Shown one piece after another: positions 36,724 through 46,289 of a DNA stretch of 46,789 bases. The number at the start of each line of letters is the position of its first letter. Position 1 is the stretch's first letter. The notes beneath the pieces are model-generated. The model searched no databases. It was not told the origin of the DNA and saw nothing but the letters and a program-made list of their open reading frames with translations. This stretch comes from a virus. Its lineage: Duplodnaviria; Caudoviricetes. The DNA lies in IMG/VR virus record IMGVR_UViG_3300049472_000089, positions 1 through 46,789 of that record. One strand, given 5' to 3'. The position numbers were made by a program, and so were the translations under genes.

Positions 36724-36909
36724 ATGCACATTTTATTTTTACTTTTTTGTTTCATAGTTTTCGCAGTCGCTGTCGAGTGGCTGTTCGGCGCACTCGCCCA
36801 CGTTTTTAACAAGCTCGACTGGCGAACCGACAGAGAAAGATTTGCCCCGTACAGTGGCCATACCGCTCGCAACTGGTACCGCCCGAAGAAACATCTTGAC
36901 CAAAAATGA
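36724..36909 (+). CDS. Small N-terminal TM protein
   Basis: MHILFLLFCFIVFAVAVEWLF; preceded by TTGACA-N17-TAAACC (possibly leaderless). Confidence 0.45.
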   Translation: MHILFLLFCFIVFAVAVEWLFGALAHVFNKLDWRTDRERFAPYSGHTARNWYRPKKHLDQK

Positions 36910-36924
36910 AAACGGGCATATTCT
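36896..36924 (+). promoter_or_regulatory. sigma70-like promoter
   Basis: TTGACC-N17-TATTCT. Confidence 0.55.
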
Positions 36925-36952
36925 GCAAAAAATCACAACCGAAAGCCAACGC

Positions 36953-37231
36953 ATGACTGCCAGATTTTTTCGCAAAAAACCAATCACGATTTCCGCAATC
37001 CAATTTGCGGGCACGCCTGAGAGTTTTAGAGAAATTGCGGACTGGATGGCAGCACATGGCGCAGCGGGACTTGGCGGAGTAGATAGCGGATCAAGCCACA
37101 CCATGCACATTGACACCCTCGAAGGTAAAATGGACGCAAACCCAGGCGATTGGATAATCCGTGGTACTAGAGGCGAATTCTACCCATGCCGACCTGACAT
37201 ATTTGCCGAATCATACGAAAATGCCGCATAA
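36953..37231 (+). CDS. Widespread phage protein (RKKP...TLEG...PGDWII...GEFYPC.PDIF family)
   Basis: Recognisable conserved motif set. Confidence 0.8.
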   Translation: MTARFFRKKPITISAIQFAGTPESFREIADWMAAHGAAGLGGVDSGSSHTMHIDTLEGKMDANPGDWIIRGTRGEFYPCRPDIFAESYENAA

Positions 37232-37568
37232 GGATAGAGCGGACCGGCTAGCGTATCGGAAGCAATGGTGGGCCGGTCTGACCCCCGAGAGGAAGGCAGA
37301 GAAGCGCATAAAAGCTAACGAACGCGCCATAAATATTCGAGAATACTTGAACAAAGTAAAAATAGAACGGGGGTGCAGGGACTGCGGGTATAACGCACAC
37401 CCTGCCGCTTTAGATTTTGACCATGTGAGGGGCGAGAAGGAAGTGCTGGTTTCTTTTGCCAAGAGCATCGCCCGTGCTGACAAGGAGATTGAGAAGTGCG
37501 AAGTCCGCTGCGCTAATTGCCATCGAATTGCAACTTGGGAGCGGCGCCGATTCGCCAAGCTCGACTAA
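37221..37568 (+). CDS. HNH endonuclease
   Basis: CRDCG...LDFDH...CEVRCANCHR. Confidence 0.85.
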   Translation: MPHKDRADRLAYRKQWWAGLTPERKAEKRIKANERAINIREYLNKVKIERGCRDCGYNAHPAALDFDHVRGEKEVLVSFAKSIARADKEIEKCEVRCANCHRIATWERRRFAKLD

Positions 37569-37591
37569 TAGCAGCTTAGCTCAATTCCTGC

Positions 37592-37620
37592 TTTACAGTT
37601 TCACCAAGCCGCGCTATAGT
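37592..37620 (+). promoter_or_regulatory. sigma70 promoter for the tail fibre/lysis genes
   Basis: TTTACA-N17-TATAGT. Confidence 0.7.
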
Positions 37621-37687
37621 GGCCAGAACGGTATCGGCTGCACCTGCTTTCGCCAAGCAAAACCCTCCATCGAAAATGCAGGAAACT

Positions 37688-39364
37688 ATGGCGCAGCCTA
37701 CAGCTTACGTTCCCACATACGATTTCAGCGACTGGCAGACAGCCAATCCATCCGACCCCTTACCGGGCGCGGACCTTGACACGCAGCTGCATTTAATCAA
37801 AACATTCTCGCAACAGGTTTGCGCAAATTTGGCCATTATTCAGCGCGATGACGGCGCTCTGGCTAACAATTCCGTAGGCATTGACCAGCTTTCCCCCGAA
37901 GTAGATTTTGGCTTCGCAACGCTCGAAGATTGGGAGACTGCGCACGCTTATGTGCCGCGCGATGGCGTTTACCAAGGAAACAACGTCTATCGCTGCCTTG
38001 TGGCACATACGTCTGACACTTTCTCTACCGATTTGGCGGCAGGCAAATGGATCATAATGCTTGATTTGAATCAATTTTTGGCGCCTGCGGAAGCCTCTGC
38101 CGACGCAGCGGCTGCTTCTGCAACTGCCGCATCGGGCTCCGCGACCGCTGCCTCCGCTTCGGCGACTGCCGCATCGGGCTCCGCATCAGCTGCATCAAGC
38201 TCAGCTTCTGCGGCAGCGGTCTCGGCAGCAAACGCGGCAGCTTCGGTCGCTAGCTCATTGTGGCGGGACGTGGTTTTCGTAGCAGGCAATTACACTGTAA
38301 CGCAAGCCGATAACGGCAAGCTCATTCGGCTTGACACCACAGCCAGCAACCGCACGGTGACGCTGCCGCAAATATCGACGCTGACTCTGCCTTTCAACGT
38401 AGGCATTGAAAAACAGACGTCTGGCGCGAATACGGTCACAATAAACCGTTCCGGCACGGATTTGATTGATGGTGCAACCAGCAAAGTATTATCGACGCAA
38501 GGCGCAGGTGCTGCCTGCATCGCTGATACAGACCCATCGCCGGATGAATGGTCGGCACTGGAATTCGGGCCGATTGATTTATCGAACTACTGCGATCTCG
38601 GCTCGACGCAGGTTCTTTATAACAAGATACTCCACGCACCGAGCTGCTCTTTCCTGAATACCGCAGGCACCCGATATTTGTCGTTCAATGTCGATTTGCT
38701 CACCGCGAACCGCACAATCACTATCCCTGACGCAGCAGGAATCATGGCGCTGACGTCAGACATTGCGCCTAAAGGGCAGCAAGTCATTACTAGCGGCTCT
38801 GGCAACTTCACAGTACCAGCCGACGCCACACCATCTACGCGCTTTAAGTTTACGATTACAGGTGGAGGAGCAGGCGGCGGCGGTGCTACAGGTCAAGGCG
38901 GCGGAGCAGGAACAACCGCGATTTATTTTGCCACTGGATTGACCGCATCATCTACTCACCCCTATGTTATCGGCAGCGGCGGCGCTGGTGGCACATCGGG
39001 TAACGCGGGAACGACAGGCACGGCTTCGACTATTAACGTGGCAGGGACATTAATTACTGCTCCTGCTGGTATTGGTGGGTCAACAGGCTTAAATACCTCG
39101 GCTGGTGGTAACGGCGGCGGAGCAGCTACAAACGCAACCATGTCTATTGAGGGCGGCGGTGGCGATTATGGTATTGCACAGGGTAACGCGGCTGGTGGAG
39201 GTGCGGGTGGAGCTTCATTCTGGGGTGGCGGCGGCAAGGGCAATGGCGCGGTGACCAACGTAGCGGAAGCTGGTCGCGCTTATGGTTCAGGGGGTGCGGG
39301 TGGATATTCAGCGGCATCTGGGGCTGCGGGTGCGGGTGGCGTATTACTAATTGAATGGGGCTGA
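37688..39364 (+). CDS. Tail fibre protein
   Basis: Start MAQPTAY; CBM5/12-like W...Y...VYRCLVAHTS module, Ala/Ser coiled-coil repeats, Gly-rich C-terminal domain (GGGAGG...GGVLLIEW). Confidence 0.8.
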   Translation: MAQPTAYVPTYDFSDWQTANPSDPLPGADLDTQLHLIKTFSQQVCANLAIIQRDDGALANNSVGIDQLSPEVDFGFATLEDWETAHAYVPRDGVYQGNNVYRCLVAHTSDTFSTDLAAGKWIIMLDLNQFLAPAEASADAAAASATAASGSATAASASATAASGSASAASSSASAAAVSAANAAASVASSLWRDVVFVAGNYTVTQADNGKLIRLDTTASNRTVTLPQISTLTLPFNVGIEKQTSGANTVTINRSGTDLIDGATSKVLSTQGAGAACIADTDPSPDEWSALEFGPIDLSNYCDLGSTQVLYNKILHAPSCSFLNTAGTRYLSFNVDLLTANRTITIPDAAGIMALTSDIAPKGQQVITSGSGNFTVPADATPSTRFKFTITGGGAGGGGATGQGGGAGTTAIYFATGLTASSTHPYVIGSGGAGGTSGNAGTTGTASTINVAGTLITAPAGIGGSTGLNTSAGGNGGGAATNATMSIEGGGGDYGIAQGNAAGGGAGGASFWGGGGKGNGAVTNVAEAGRAYGSGGAGGYSAASGAAGAGGVLLIEWG

Positions 39365-39366
39365 TA

Positions 39367-39963
39367 ATGGCGCTAATCATCACTTACCCACTTCTGCTCT
39401 CGGGCGTAGTCATCTCAGGAAGACTGCACGGCATCGGCACGTTGAAGCACGGGCGTTGGCTTTCGTACGTGCTTTTGGGCTTAGGGCTATTCGTGTTTTC
39501 AAAAGTGCTTTACGGCTGGGAGTACGCGGCGATCAGCACCGCCATAGCGCTATGGGGCTTTTCGCTCGGGCATGGCAATTTCTACCAAATGAAAGGCGTG
39601 GCGCTGTTGGCAGACGACCCAGAACTCATAGAAAAGCTTGGCGTGCGGTGGTTTTCGCAAAAGTTTTTCGGCCCATTTTCAATTTACCACCCAGCCTATA
39701 GCTGGGGGTGCATGGGACTCAAATGGCTTATCGTTTCGCTGCCTATTATGCCCTACGCTGCGCCAATGGCGGTTTTAGGGCCGCTGGCGTATGCAATCGG
39801 CTTCGGCCTGACCCCAACCACCACGAAAGTGGCAGACTGGCTAAAAACCGCTTTTCTCGCGTTTTTCATGGGGCTCGTATTCGTCGCAAATATACCGTCG
39901 TTTGCTGACGAGCTTGGGGGAGCCGCCTCTGTGCTCCCCGCCTTTTTTCAAGGAGGTTTTTAG
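39367..39963 (+). CDS. Polytopic membrane protein of unknown function
   Basis: Five or more hydrophobic segments. Confidence 0.65.
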   Translation: MALIITYPLLLSGVVISGRLHGIGTLKHGRWLSYVLLGLGLFVFSKVLYGWEYAAISTAIALWGFSLGHGNFYQMKGVALLADDPELIEKLGVRWFSQKFFGPFSIYHPAYSWGCMGLKWLIVSLPIMPYAAPMAVLGPLAYAIGFGLTPTTTKVADWLKTAFLAFFMGLVFVANIPSFADELGGAASVLPAFFQGGF

Positions 39964-39964
39964 T

Positions 39965-40192
39965 ATGGCCACCGATCGCGCACTTGTCATAAGCAAACAA
40001 TGGGCTGCTGTATTCGCGAGCTTATTTGTAGCTCTGGTTGTTGGCTGCGTGTCATACGCATGGACAGCAAACGCGCAAGCAGCCGTCATGCAAAGCGACG
40101 TGGCAGAATTGAAAAAAGCCGAGTTGTCAACGCGGCTGGCGCGCATGGAAGAGAAGCTAGACTGGCTTGTCCGTACTCAACAGAAAAAATAA
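39965..40192 (+). CDS. Putative holin / TM coiled-coil lysis protein
   Basis: One TM helix followed by RLARMEEKLDWL; directly upstream of the endolysin; AGGAGG RBS. Confidence 0.55.
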   Translation: MATDRALVISKQWAAVFASLFVALVVGCVSYAWTANAQAAVMQSDVAELKKAELSTRLARMEEKLDWLVRTQQKK

Positions 40193-40204
40193 TAAGGGGG
40201 TTAT

Positions 40205-40939
40205 ATGCGGCACATTACACCAGAGGCACTCGAAAAACTGAAACAATGGGAAGGCTTTGTGCCTTACGCCTACGATGACGCAATTTTTCCGACGCAACCA
40301 ACAACGGCAGGGCAGAAAATCGCGGGCACGCTGACTATTGGCTACGGTCACACAGGCGCTGACGTTCGCGCAGGCCAACAGATCACCCAAGCGAGAGCCG
40401 AGGCGCTATTGAAGATTGACTTGTCGCGCTTCGAGCATGCGGTAGAGGACGCAGTCACGGTTGACCTCACCGACAATCAATTTGCAGCGTTGGTGAGCTT
40501 TGCTTTCAACGTGGGCCTCGGCGGCAAGAAAACAGGCGACGGTTTCCTCACGTCTTCTTTGCTGAAAAAGCTCAACGCAGGCGATTACGACAGCGTGCCT
40601 TCCGAACTTGCAAAATGGAATAAAACGCGCATCAACGGAAAGCTGCAAGTGAGCAAAGGGCTCGTCAATCGCCGCGCGGTTGAAGCGGGGCTCTGGGCAT
40701 CAGGACAGGAAGTGGCCACTAATACCGTGGCCGTTGAAGTAGCGGCAAAGCCAATGGTGACGGTACAGTCTGCAACACTCGCCTTGCCTATCGTGGCGGG
40801 CGTGGGCACAGCGATCGGCGAGGCAGGCGACGTACTCAACGGGAGCGGCCCTTTCCAATGGGCAATCGCTGGATTAGTCACACTGGCTGCAGTGATCGGC
40901 GGAATTTTATTCATCAACAAACATCTTAAACGAGGATAG
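40205..40939 (+). CDS. Endolysin (GH24 phage lysozyme) with C-terminal TM helices
   Basis: WEG...YDD...TIGYGH, NQFAALVSFAFNVG, GLVNRRAVE. Confidence 0.92.
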   Translation: MRHITPEALEKLKQWEGFVPYAYDDAIFPTQPTTAGQKIAGTLTIGYGHTGADVRAGQQITQARAEALLKIDLSRFEHAVEDAVTVDLTDNQFAALVSFAFNVGLGGKKTGDGFLTSSLLKKLNAGDYDSVPSELAKWNKTRINGKLQVSKGLVNRRAVEAGLWASGQEVATNTVAVEVAAKPMVTVQSATLALPIVAGVGTAIGEAGDVLNGSGPFQWAIAGLVTLAAVIGGILFINKHLKRG

Positions 40940-40941
40940 TC

Positions 40942-41112
40942 ATGCCAGCAAAAATGCCAGAAATGCCGCTAAAAGGCGTCATCAAGAAAACGCTCACACC
41001 GAAAGGCATCAGCCCCGGCATGGAGGAAGACACAACTCGCGGGCTTCCCATGAAGCCGAAGAAAAAAGTAAAACCAATGCCGCAAACCGACGGCGAACCA
41101 GACGTTATCTAA
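40942..41112 (+). CDS. Small Pro/Lys/Met-rich protein (56 aa; missing from the ORF track)
   Basis: GAGGA RBS; MPAKMPEMP...EPDVI. Confidence 0.55.
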   Translation: MPAKMPEMPLKGVIKKTLTPKGISPGMEEDTTRGLPMKPKKKVKPMPQTDGEPDVI

Positions 41113-41125
41113 AAAGGAATAAGCC

Positions 41126-41314
41126 ATGGCTAAATTTGAAAAAGGCAACGAGTGGGTGAAAAAAGCCATCGCGGGCAAATACGAATACAACACTGGCGGC
41201 GCTGACAAAAAAGGTAAGCGCCCTGGCTTTGGTAAAAAAGGCGCGGTTACGACAGGCCACTCTGATAGCATGAAAGATAAAGTGCCCACCCACGGAACTG
41301 ATGGAGCCTGCTAA
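41126..41314 (+). CDS. Small basic protein
   Basis: AAGGA RBS; Lys/Gly-rich. Confidence 0.6.
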   Translation: MAKFEKGNEWVKKAIAGKYEYNTGGADKKGKRPGFGKKGAVTTGHSDSMKDKVPTHGTDGAC

Positions 41315-41574
41315 TGTGGGCCGCCATAAGCAGCTTTCTTGCGAGTAGGTGGCTGGCGATAGTAGAACGCGCAGCGATAATTGCGACAGTGCTCGGCATG
41401 GCGGCGGCCATCTACCGCGCGGGCGCTAAATCCGAAGAGAACAGAAACATAAAGGAAGAGTTACGCAATGCAAAAGAAAACCTCGCTCAAGATGGTATTG
41501 TTGCTGGCAATGATGACGTTGACGGCATGCGCACCAAGCTCTCAGAAGCTCTGCGACGCAAGCGCAATACCTGA
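41314..41574 (+). CDS. Putative i-spanin (Rz-like)
   Basis: N-terminal TM helix and periplasmic helix; overlaps a lipoprotein ORF. Confidence 0.6.
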   Translation: MWAAISSFLASRWLAIVERAAIIATVLGMAAAIYRAGAKSEENRNIKEELRNAKENLAQDGIVAGNDDVDGMRTKLSEALRRKRNT

Positions 41575-41689
41575 GCCGCTTGATCCCGTAACTAATTGCG
41601 CATCAGATTCGTGCGTGAAGCAGCAATGTCTTCTATTCTGCAGAAAATATCCAAAAGAATGTAAAGAGGTGTGCGGTGGATCTCAGTAG
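41468..41689 (+). CDS. Putative o-spanin (Rz1-like lipoprotein)
   Basis: Signal peptide II with lipobox LTAC, embedded in another frame of the i-spanin; Cys-rich. Confidence 0.6.
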   Translation: MQKKTSLKMVLLLAMMTLTACAPSSQKLCDASAIPEPLDPVTNCASDSCVKQQCLLFCRKYPKECKEVCGGSQ

Positions 41690-43322
41690 CCTATCAGATA
41701 AAGACTTAGCCCTCCTCCACATGCGCACAGGCCGCTTGGAGCAGATGGAACGCGCCAAGACTTCTATGATTGACTTTATGCAGCTCATGCGCCCTGATCC
41801 TGATCACCCTAACGACCCCAAGTATAGCGCCTTTGAAGTGACGCCTTTAGCGAAGCTGCTTTGCCAGATCATCGAGAAGGTGGACAAAGGCGAACTCAAA
41901 CGGGTTTGCGTTTCGGTAGGCCCTCAGCTAGGAAAATCAGAAGTATTGTCTCGCGGCGCGCCCGCCTGGCTATTCGGCCGCCGCCCTCGTCGTAAGATGA
42001 TGCTAGGCGCGTATAACGGCGACTTTGCGGCGGAGTTCGGCGCAGATGTCCGCGACATTGTGACCAACCCGGTATTCAAAAGCATATTCCCCAGCTTTGA
42101 GCTTAAAACCGGCAGCGAAGCAAAGGACAATCTTGGCACCACCCGCCACGGTAAGATGGCGTTTGTGGGCGTAGGCGGTTCGGGTACGGGTAAATCTGCT
42201 GACGTATTCTTCATTGACGATCCAATAAAAAACGATGAGGAAGCACAATCAGAAACCTATCGCGAGCGCGTATGGAAATGGTTTAACTCGGTGGCGATGA
42301 CGCGCTGCCATAAAAATTCTGCCATAATTGTGGTGCACACACGATGGCACGAAGACGATTTAATCGGCAGGCTATGCGACCCGAGTCACCCCGAGCGCAA
42401 TAAAAAATACAAGGGCATTGCCGACCGCTGGACGTACATAAATCTACCGGCGGTGGTGACTGACCCTGAGCTTGCGAAAGCACTTGGGTTGACACTGGAA
42501 AAACAAACAGACCCTTTCATCAAGGAGCAATTCGGCACCGTGCCGATGGTGTCGCTCTGGGAAGAGCGCAAGTCTTTGGAGTTTTTGGCGGAAGCAAAGC
42601 TGTCTGACGACCGCGTATTTGGCGCACTCTACATGGGCGAGCCAACGCCAGGCGAAGGTATCTATTTTACGGAAGAAACGCTGTTAGAGTACGGGCCTTC
42701 TGACCTGCCAAAAAACCTGCGCTGGTATGGCGCTTCGGATCATGCGGTGAGTAAAAAGCAGCAAGCAGATTCGACGGTACTTGGCTGCTTCGGCGTAGAT
42801 GAGAACGATCATATTTGGATTGCCCCCGACGTGACTTGGGCGAAGATGGAAACCGATGAAACGGTGGAAGAAATGATACGCCACATGAAAACACATAAGC
42901 CACAAGTGTGGTGGATGGAGAGCGAGCTTATTTCTAAATCGTTCGGGCCATTCTTGAAGCGCGAGATGATTGCCAACAGAGTTTTCAGCACGTCTCTTAA
43001 ACCGGTGACGCCATCGAAAGATAAATCGACACGCGCACGCGCAATCCAAGGCCGGATGGGGCTTGGCATGGTGCATTTCCCTCGCCACGCGCCTTGGTGG
43101 TCAGATGCAAAGAACCAGCTTTTGAAATTCCCTTATGGAACCCATGACGATTTTGTTGATTTTTGCTCATGGATTGGTATAGGATTAATGTCGGAGATAG
43201 GTGCGGCTCGAGTAACCGAGAAAGAAGCCGAGCCGAAGGTGGGCACAATTGGGTGGATAAAGAAATCGAGCGTGGCGCAGGCAAGAGAGCTACGTTTAGT
43301 GAAAAACGCAAAGGGGTGGTGA
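41676..43322 (+). CDS. terL: Terminase large subunit
   Basis: Walker A GPQLGKS, Walker B FFIDDP, TRWHEDD, nuclease ASDHA...DST...FPYGTHDDFVD. Confidence 0.95.
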   Translation: MDLSSLSDKDLALLHMRTGRLEQMERAKTSMIDFMQLMRPDPDHPNDPKYSAFEVTPLAKLLCQIIEKVDKGELKRVCVSVGPQLGKSEVLSRGAPAWLFGRRPRRKMMLGAYNGDFAAEFGADVRDIVTNPVFKSIFPSFELKTGSEAKDNLGTTRHGKMAFVGVGGSGTGKSADVFFIDDPIKNDEEAQSETYRERVWKWFNSVAMTRCHKNSAIIVVHTRWHEDDLIGRLCDPSHPERNKKYKGIADRWTYINLPAVVTDPELAKALGLTLEKQTDPFIKEQFGTVPMVSLWEERKSLEFLAEAKLSDDRVFGALYMGEPTPGEGIYFTEETLLEYGPSDLPKNLRWYGASDHAVSKKQQADSTVLGCFGVDENDHIWIAPDVTWAKMETDETVEEMIRHMKTHKPQVWWMESELISKSFGPFLKREMIANRVFSTSLKPVTPSKDKSTRARAIQGRMGLGMVHFPRHAPWWSDAKNQLLKFPYGTHDDFVDFCSWIGIGLMSEIGAARVTEKEAEPKVGTIGWIKKSSVAQARELRLVKNAKGW

Positions 43323-43323
43323 T

Positions 43324-45555
43324 ATGGCTGACATGATGGCGGGTAGCGGCCCGATGACACCGCAAGCGCCAACAGGCGATGAAGCACCAGGCATAATGAA
43401 CGCGCTAGGGCAAGCTGCAGCTGGCGAAAACACACAGCCGATAACGCGCGAGCCGCCAAAAGTTGATGAAGCGCGCCGCAGGCTTGTCATGCAATGGCAA
43501 TCTGAAATCCGCTTGGATAAAGCGTTTTTCAAAGACGACTTTGACCGCATGCGGGAAGATATGCAATACGCGCTTTTTGGTGCGGACAAAGAATGGGTGC
43601 AAGCCAAGAATTATACGGTGCCGATTATCAACCGCCACATAAATCTGACGGTGGCGGCGCTTTATGCGAAAAACCCAAAAGCGCAAGCTAAGCGCAAGAA
43701 AAAACTGCGCTTCCAAGCATGGGATGGCACCAAAGAAAGCGCAGTGGCTGCTTTTCAAATGGCGCAAACTGGCGACCCTACCTCCATGCAGATTCTTAAA
43801 GAAATTCAGGACGCGCGCATTTACGACCAGATGATTGATCGTCTTGGCAAAACCCTTGAGCTTTTGTTTGAGTATTACACAGGCGAGAGCTCGCCAGGAT
43901 TCAAACAAGAAATGAAACAGTGCGTGCGCAGAGCGAAGACTTGCGGCGTGGCTTACGTCGAGCTTGGCTACCAGCGTGTCCTAGAGGAAGACCCAGAAGT
44001 CATACGCAAACTTGACGATATGACGCAGCAGATCTCACTTGTTGAGACAAAACTGCAAGACCGTATTGATAAAATTATGGCGTCAGATGATCCTGAGAAT
44101 GAAGAGCTGCGCTCTATGATAGTGGATTTGCAGAACGCAAAGATGATAATCGCCCGCGAGGGAATGACGTTCGATTTTCCTAAATCGGCTACTATCATTC
44201 CGCATCGCGCGTGCAAACAGCTTCGCGGGTTCATTGGGGCGGATTACGTCACCAAAGAATTTGACATGACGCCTGAGCAGATCGAGCAGGTTTATAAGGT
44301 GGACGTGCGGACGAGTTTCAAAGCATATCGTAGCGGTCAACCAGTGACCGCAGGCGAGGACACTAGCGGGCAGACAACAGGCGACCGCATGGACGAAGAA
44401 CGCGGCACCAATGACACTAGCCGAAGCAACAGCACTAACAAATCTCGGGGTGGTACCGCACGCGTCTGGCGGGTGCAATCCCGTCGCACAGGGCAAGTAT
44501 TTACCTTGGTGGAAGGGTGGCCTGATTTTGTTGAGGAGCCTGCCGCGCCAGAGCTTCAAGTGTCGGGGTTTTACACTATTTTTCCGCTGACGTTCAATGA
44601 CGTGGAAGATTCTAAAGCGATTTTCCCGATGTCAGATGTGCATTACCTCAAGCACCCGCAACGCGAGTACAATAACGCGCGGCAAGGGCTACGTGAGCAC
44701 CGCGTAGCAAATCGCCCTAAGTATTTCATGCGTAAGGGCATGATGGAGGAAACAGAAAAAGCAGGACTGAAAAACGCGCCTGCGCACACCGTTTTCGAGT
44801 TGAATTCACTTGACGGCGACATCAACCAGCTGATCCAAGCCCACAAGCCCGTAGGCATCGACCCTGCGCTTTACGACACCAGCGCCATCATGAAAGACAT
44901 TATGTTTGGGGTGGGCACGCAGGACGCTAACATGGGGCAGACAGGCGGAGACAGCACCGCCACGGCTTCAACCATAGCCGAGAGCACACGCAACACCACG
45001 CTTGCCTCAAACGTCGATGATCTTGATGAGTTTTTGACCGAAATCGCCCGCGCTGCTGGGCAGATTCTCTTGACCATGGTTGACGAATCGACTGCCAAAA
45101 AGATCGCAGGACCTGGCGCGGTATGGCCGTCGCTCGACCCACAACAGATTACCGAGGAGCTATTCTTGGAGATTAAGGCAGGTTCGAGCGGTCGTCCGAA
45201 TAAAGCAATGGATTTGGCCAACATGGAGCGCGGCATGCCGTACATGATTCAGTTGGGTGGCGTAAGCGGCACCGTGCTAGCCCGTAAGTACGCCGACCTT
45301 CTTGATATGGACGAGGAAGAGCTCATCATCGAGGGCATGCCCTCGGTGGTTGCGCTGAACGCCATGGCAGCAAAGCAAGCGGCTCAACCGCAGCCTTCTA
45401 CGGGCGACCCAGCCACAGACCCCGCGCAGCAAGGCGCGCAAGCGGACACAGGCGCTAATAACGCCCCGGGGCAAGCGCGTAATCAAAATGAGGCAGGTCC
45501 GCAACCCGCTTTTCCGGTTCAGAAGTTTGACCAAGGGGGGAACCGGACAGCATGA
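43324..45555 (+). CDS. Portal protein
   Basis: 743 aa directly after TerL; podovirus portal-like motifs (TATA, EIKAGSSGRPNK); Q/A/P-rich tail. Confidence 0.85.
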   Translation: MADMMAGSGPMTPQAPTGDEAPGIMNALGQAAAGENTQPITREPPKVDEARRRLVMQWQSEIRLDKAFFKDDFDRMREDMQYALFGADKEWVQAKNYTVPIINRHINLTVAALYAKNPKAQAKRKKKLRFQAWDGTKESAVAAFQMAQTGDPTSMQILKEIQDARIYDQMIDRLGKTLELLFEYYTGESSPGFKQEMKQCVRRAKTCGVAYVELGYQRVLEEDPEVIRKLDDMTQQISLVETKLQDRIDKIMASDDPENEELRSMIVDLQNAKMIIAREGMTFDFPKSATIIPHRACKQLRGFIGADYVTKEFDMTPEQIEQVYKVDVRTSFKAYRSGQPVTAGEDTSGQTTGDRMDEERGTNDTSRSNSTNKSRGGTARVWRVQSRRTGQVFTLVEGWPDFVEEPAAPELQVSGFYTIFPLTFNDVEDSKAIFPMSDVHYLKHPQREYNNARQGLREHRVANRPKYFMRKGMMEETEKAGLKNAPAHTVFELNSLDGDINQLIQAHKPVGIDPALYDTSAIMKDIMFGVGTQDANMGQTGGDSTATASTIAESTRNTTLASNVDDLDEFLTEIARAAGQILLTMVDESTAKKIAGPGAVWPSLDPQQITEELFLEIKAGSSGRPNKAMDLANMERGMPYMIQLGGVSGTVLARKYADLLDMDEEELIIEGMPSVVALNAMAAKQAAQPQPSTGDPATDPAQQGAQADTGANNAPGQARNQNEAGPQPAFPVQKFDQGGNRTA

Positions 45556-46043
45556 AGCAAGCGCAGCTACATGACGGGCGAATTATAACCTTTGCCCCCG
45601 AAACGCCAGACGAGGTGATCGCAGAGCATGCGCGCCTCGCGTCGGAGCACGCGCAGCTTCTATCTGAGGAGGAAGTGCTCCCTGACGCGCCCGTTACGGC
45701 AGACTCGCAAGCGGAAGCTGTGGATCTACTCATCGAAGCACTTAGCGGGCTTCCTAGCGCGGAGCTACAGACGACAGCTGCTAAATTGCTCTGCGACACG
45801 ATTGAAGACGCGGCCAAACAAATAGCGGACATAAACGCTGAATCTCTCGGCCCAGAAGACATTGAGCCACTTGTGGAAGGGCTAAACGCGGCGGTGAAGA
45901 GCTTGAACAATTTGGCGGAACTGGTGCGCGTGGGGTCGCAAGAGATTGTTTCGGCGCTGCTAGCGTCTCGCACTCAGCTAGTCACAAGGGATTCCGACAG
46001 CCTTATAATTCGCGTCGATACGCAAGTTAAGAAAGAAAGTTAG
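45552..46043 (+). CDS. Hypothetical acidic helical protein
   Basis: ATGA-coupled to the portal; ends LVTRDSDSLIIRV. Confidence 0.65.
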   Translation: MKQAQLHDGRIITFAPETPDEVIAEHARLASEHAQLLSEEEVLPDAPVTADSQAEAVDLLIEALSGLPSAELQTTAAKLLCDTIEDAAKQIADINAESLGPEDIEPLVEGLNAAVKSLNNLAELVRVGSQEIVSALLASRTQLVTRDSDSLIIRVDTQVKKES

Positions 46044-46046
46044 AAT

Positions 46047-46289
46047 ATGATTACATTTGAGATTAAAAACACACGCACAGAAAATGAGCAGCTTCTTGTG
46101 TTTTATGCGTTTAGCAATGGCGAAATCAATAGCGCGTATTTTGCGCCTACTGCACAAGTTGCTGACATCATGGCGTGGGGTGCTGAACGTGCCGCATGGT
46201 TTGAGCAGCGCGAGGCTCAGATAGCTGAGCTACAGGCGCAGTTGGCCGAAGCAAGCGTGGAGGTGTCTGATGGCAGTCTTAATCAGTAG
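46047..46289 (+). CDS. Hypothetical protein
   Basis: ORF tiles the late operon. Confidence 0.6.
   Translation: MITFEIKNTRTENEQLLVFYAFSNGEINSAYFAPTAQVADIMAWGAERAAWFEQREAQIAELQAQLAEASVEVSDGSLNQ

Noticed and set aside
38123-38184. 20-bp repeat ACTGCCGCATCGGGCTCCGC at a 42-bp period
   Set aside because: Coding repeat of the Ala/Ser coiled coil in the tail fibre
37688-39364. Diversity-generating retroelement or invertible tail fibre
   Set aside because: No reverse transcriptase, no TR/VR pair and no alternative fibre ends flanked by inverted repeats seen
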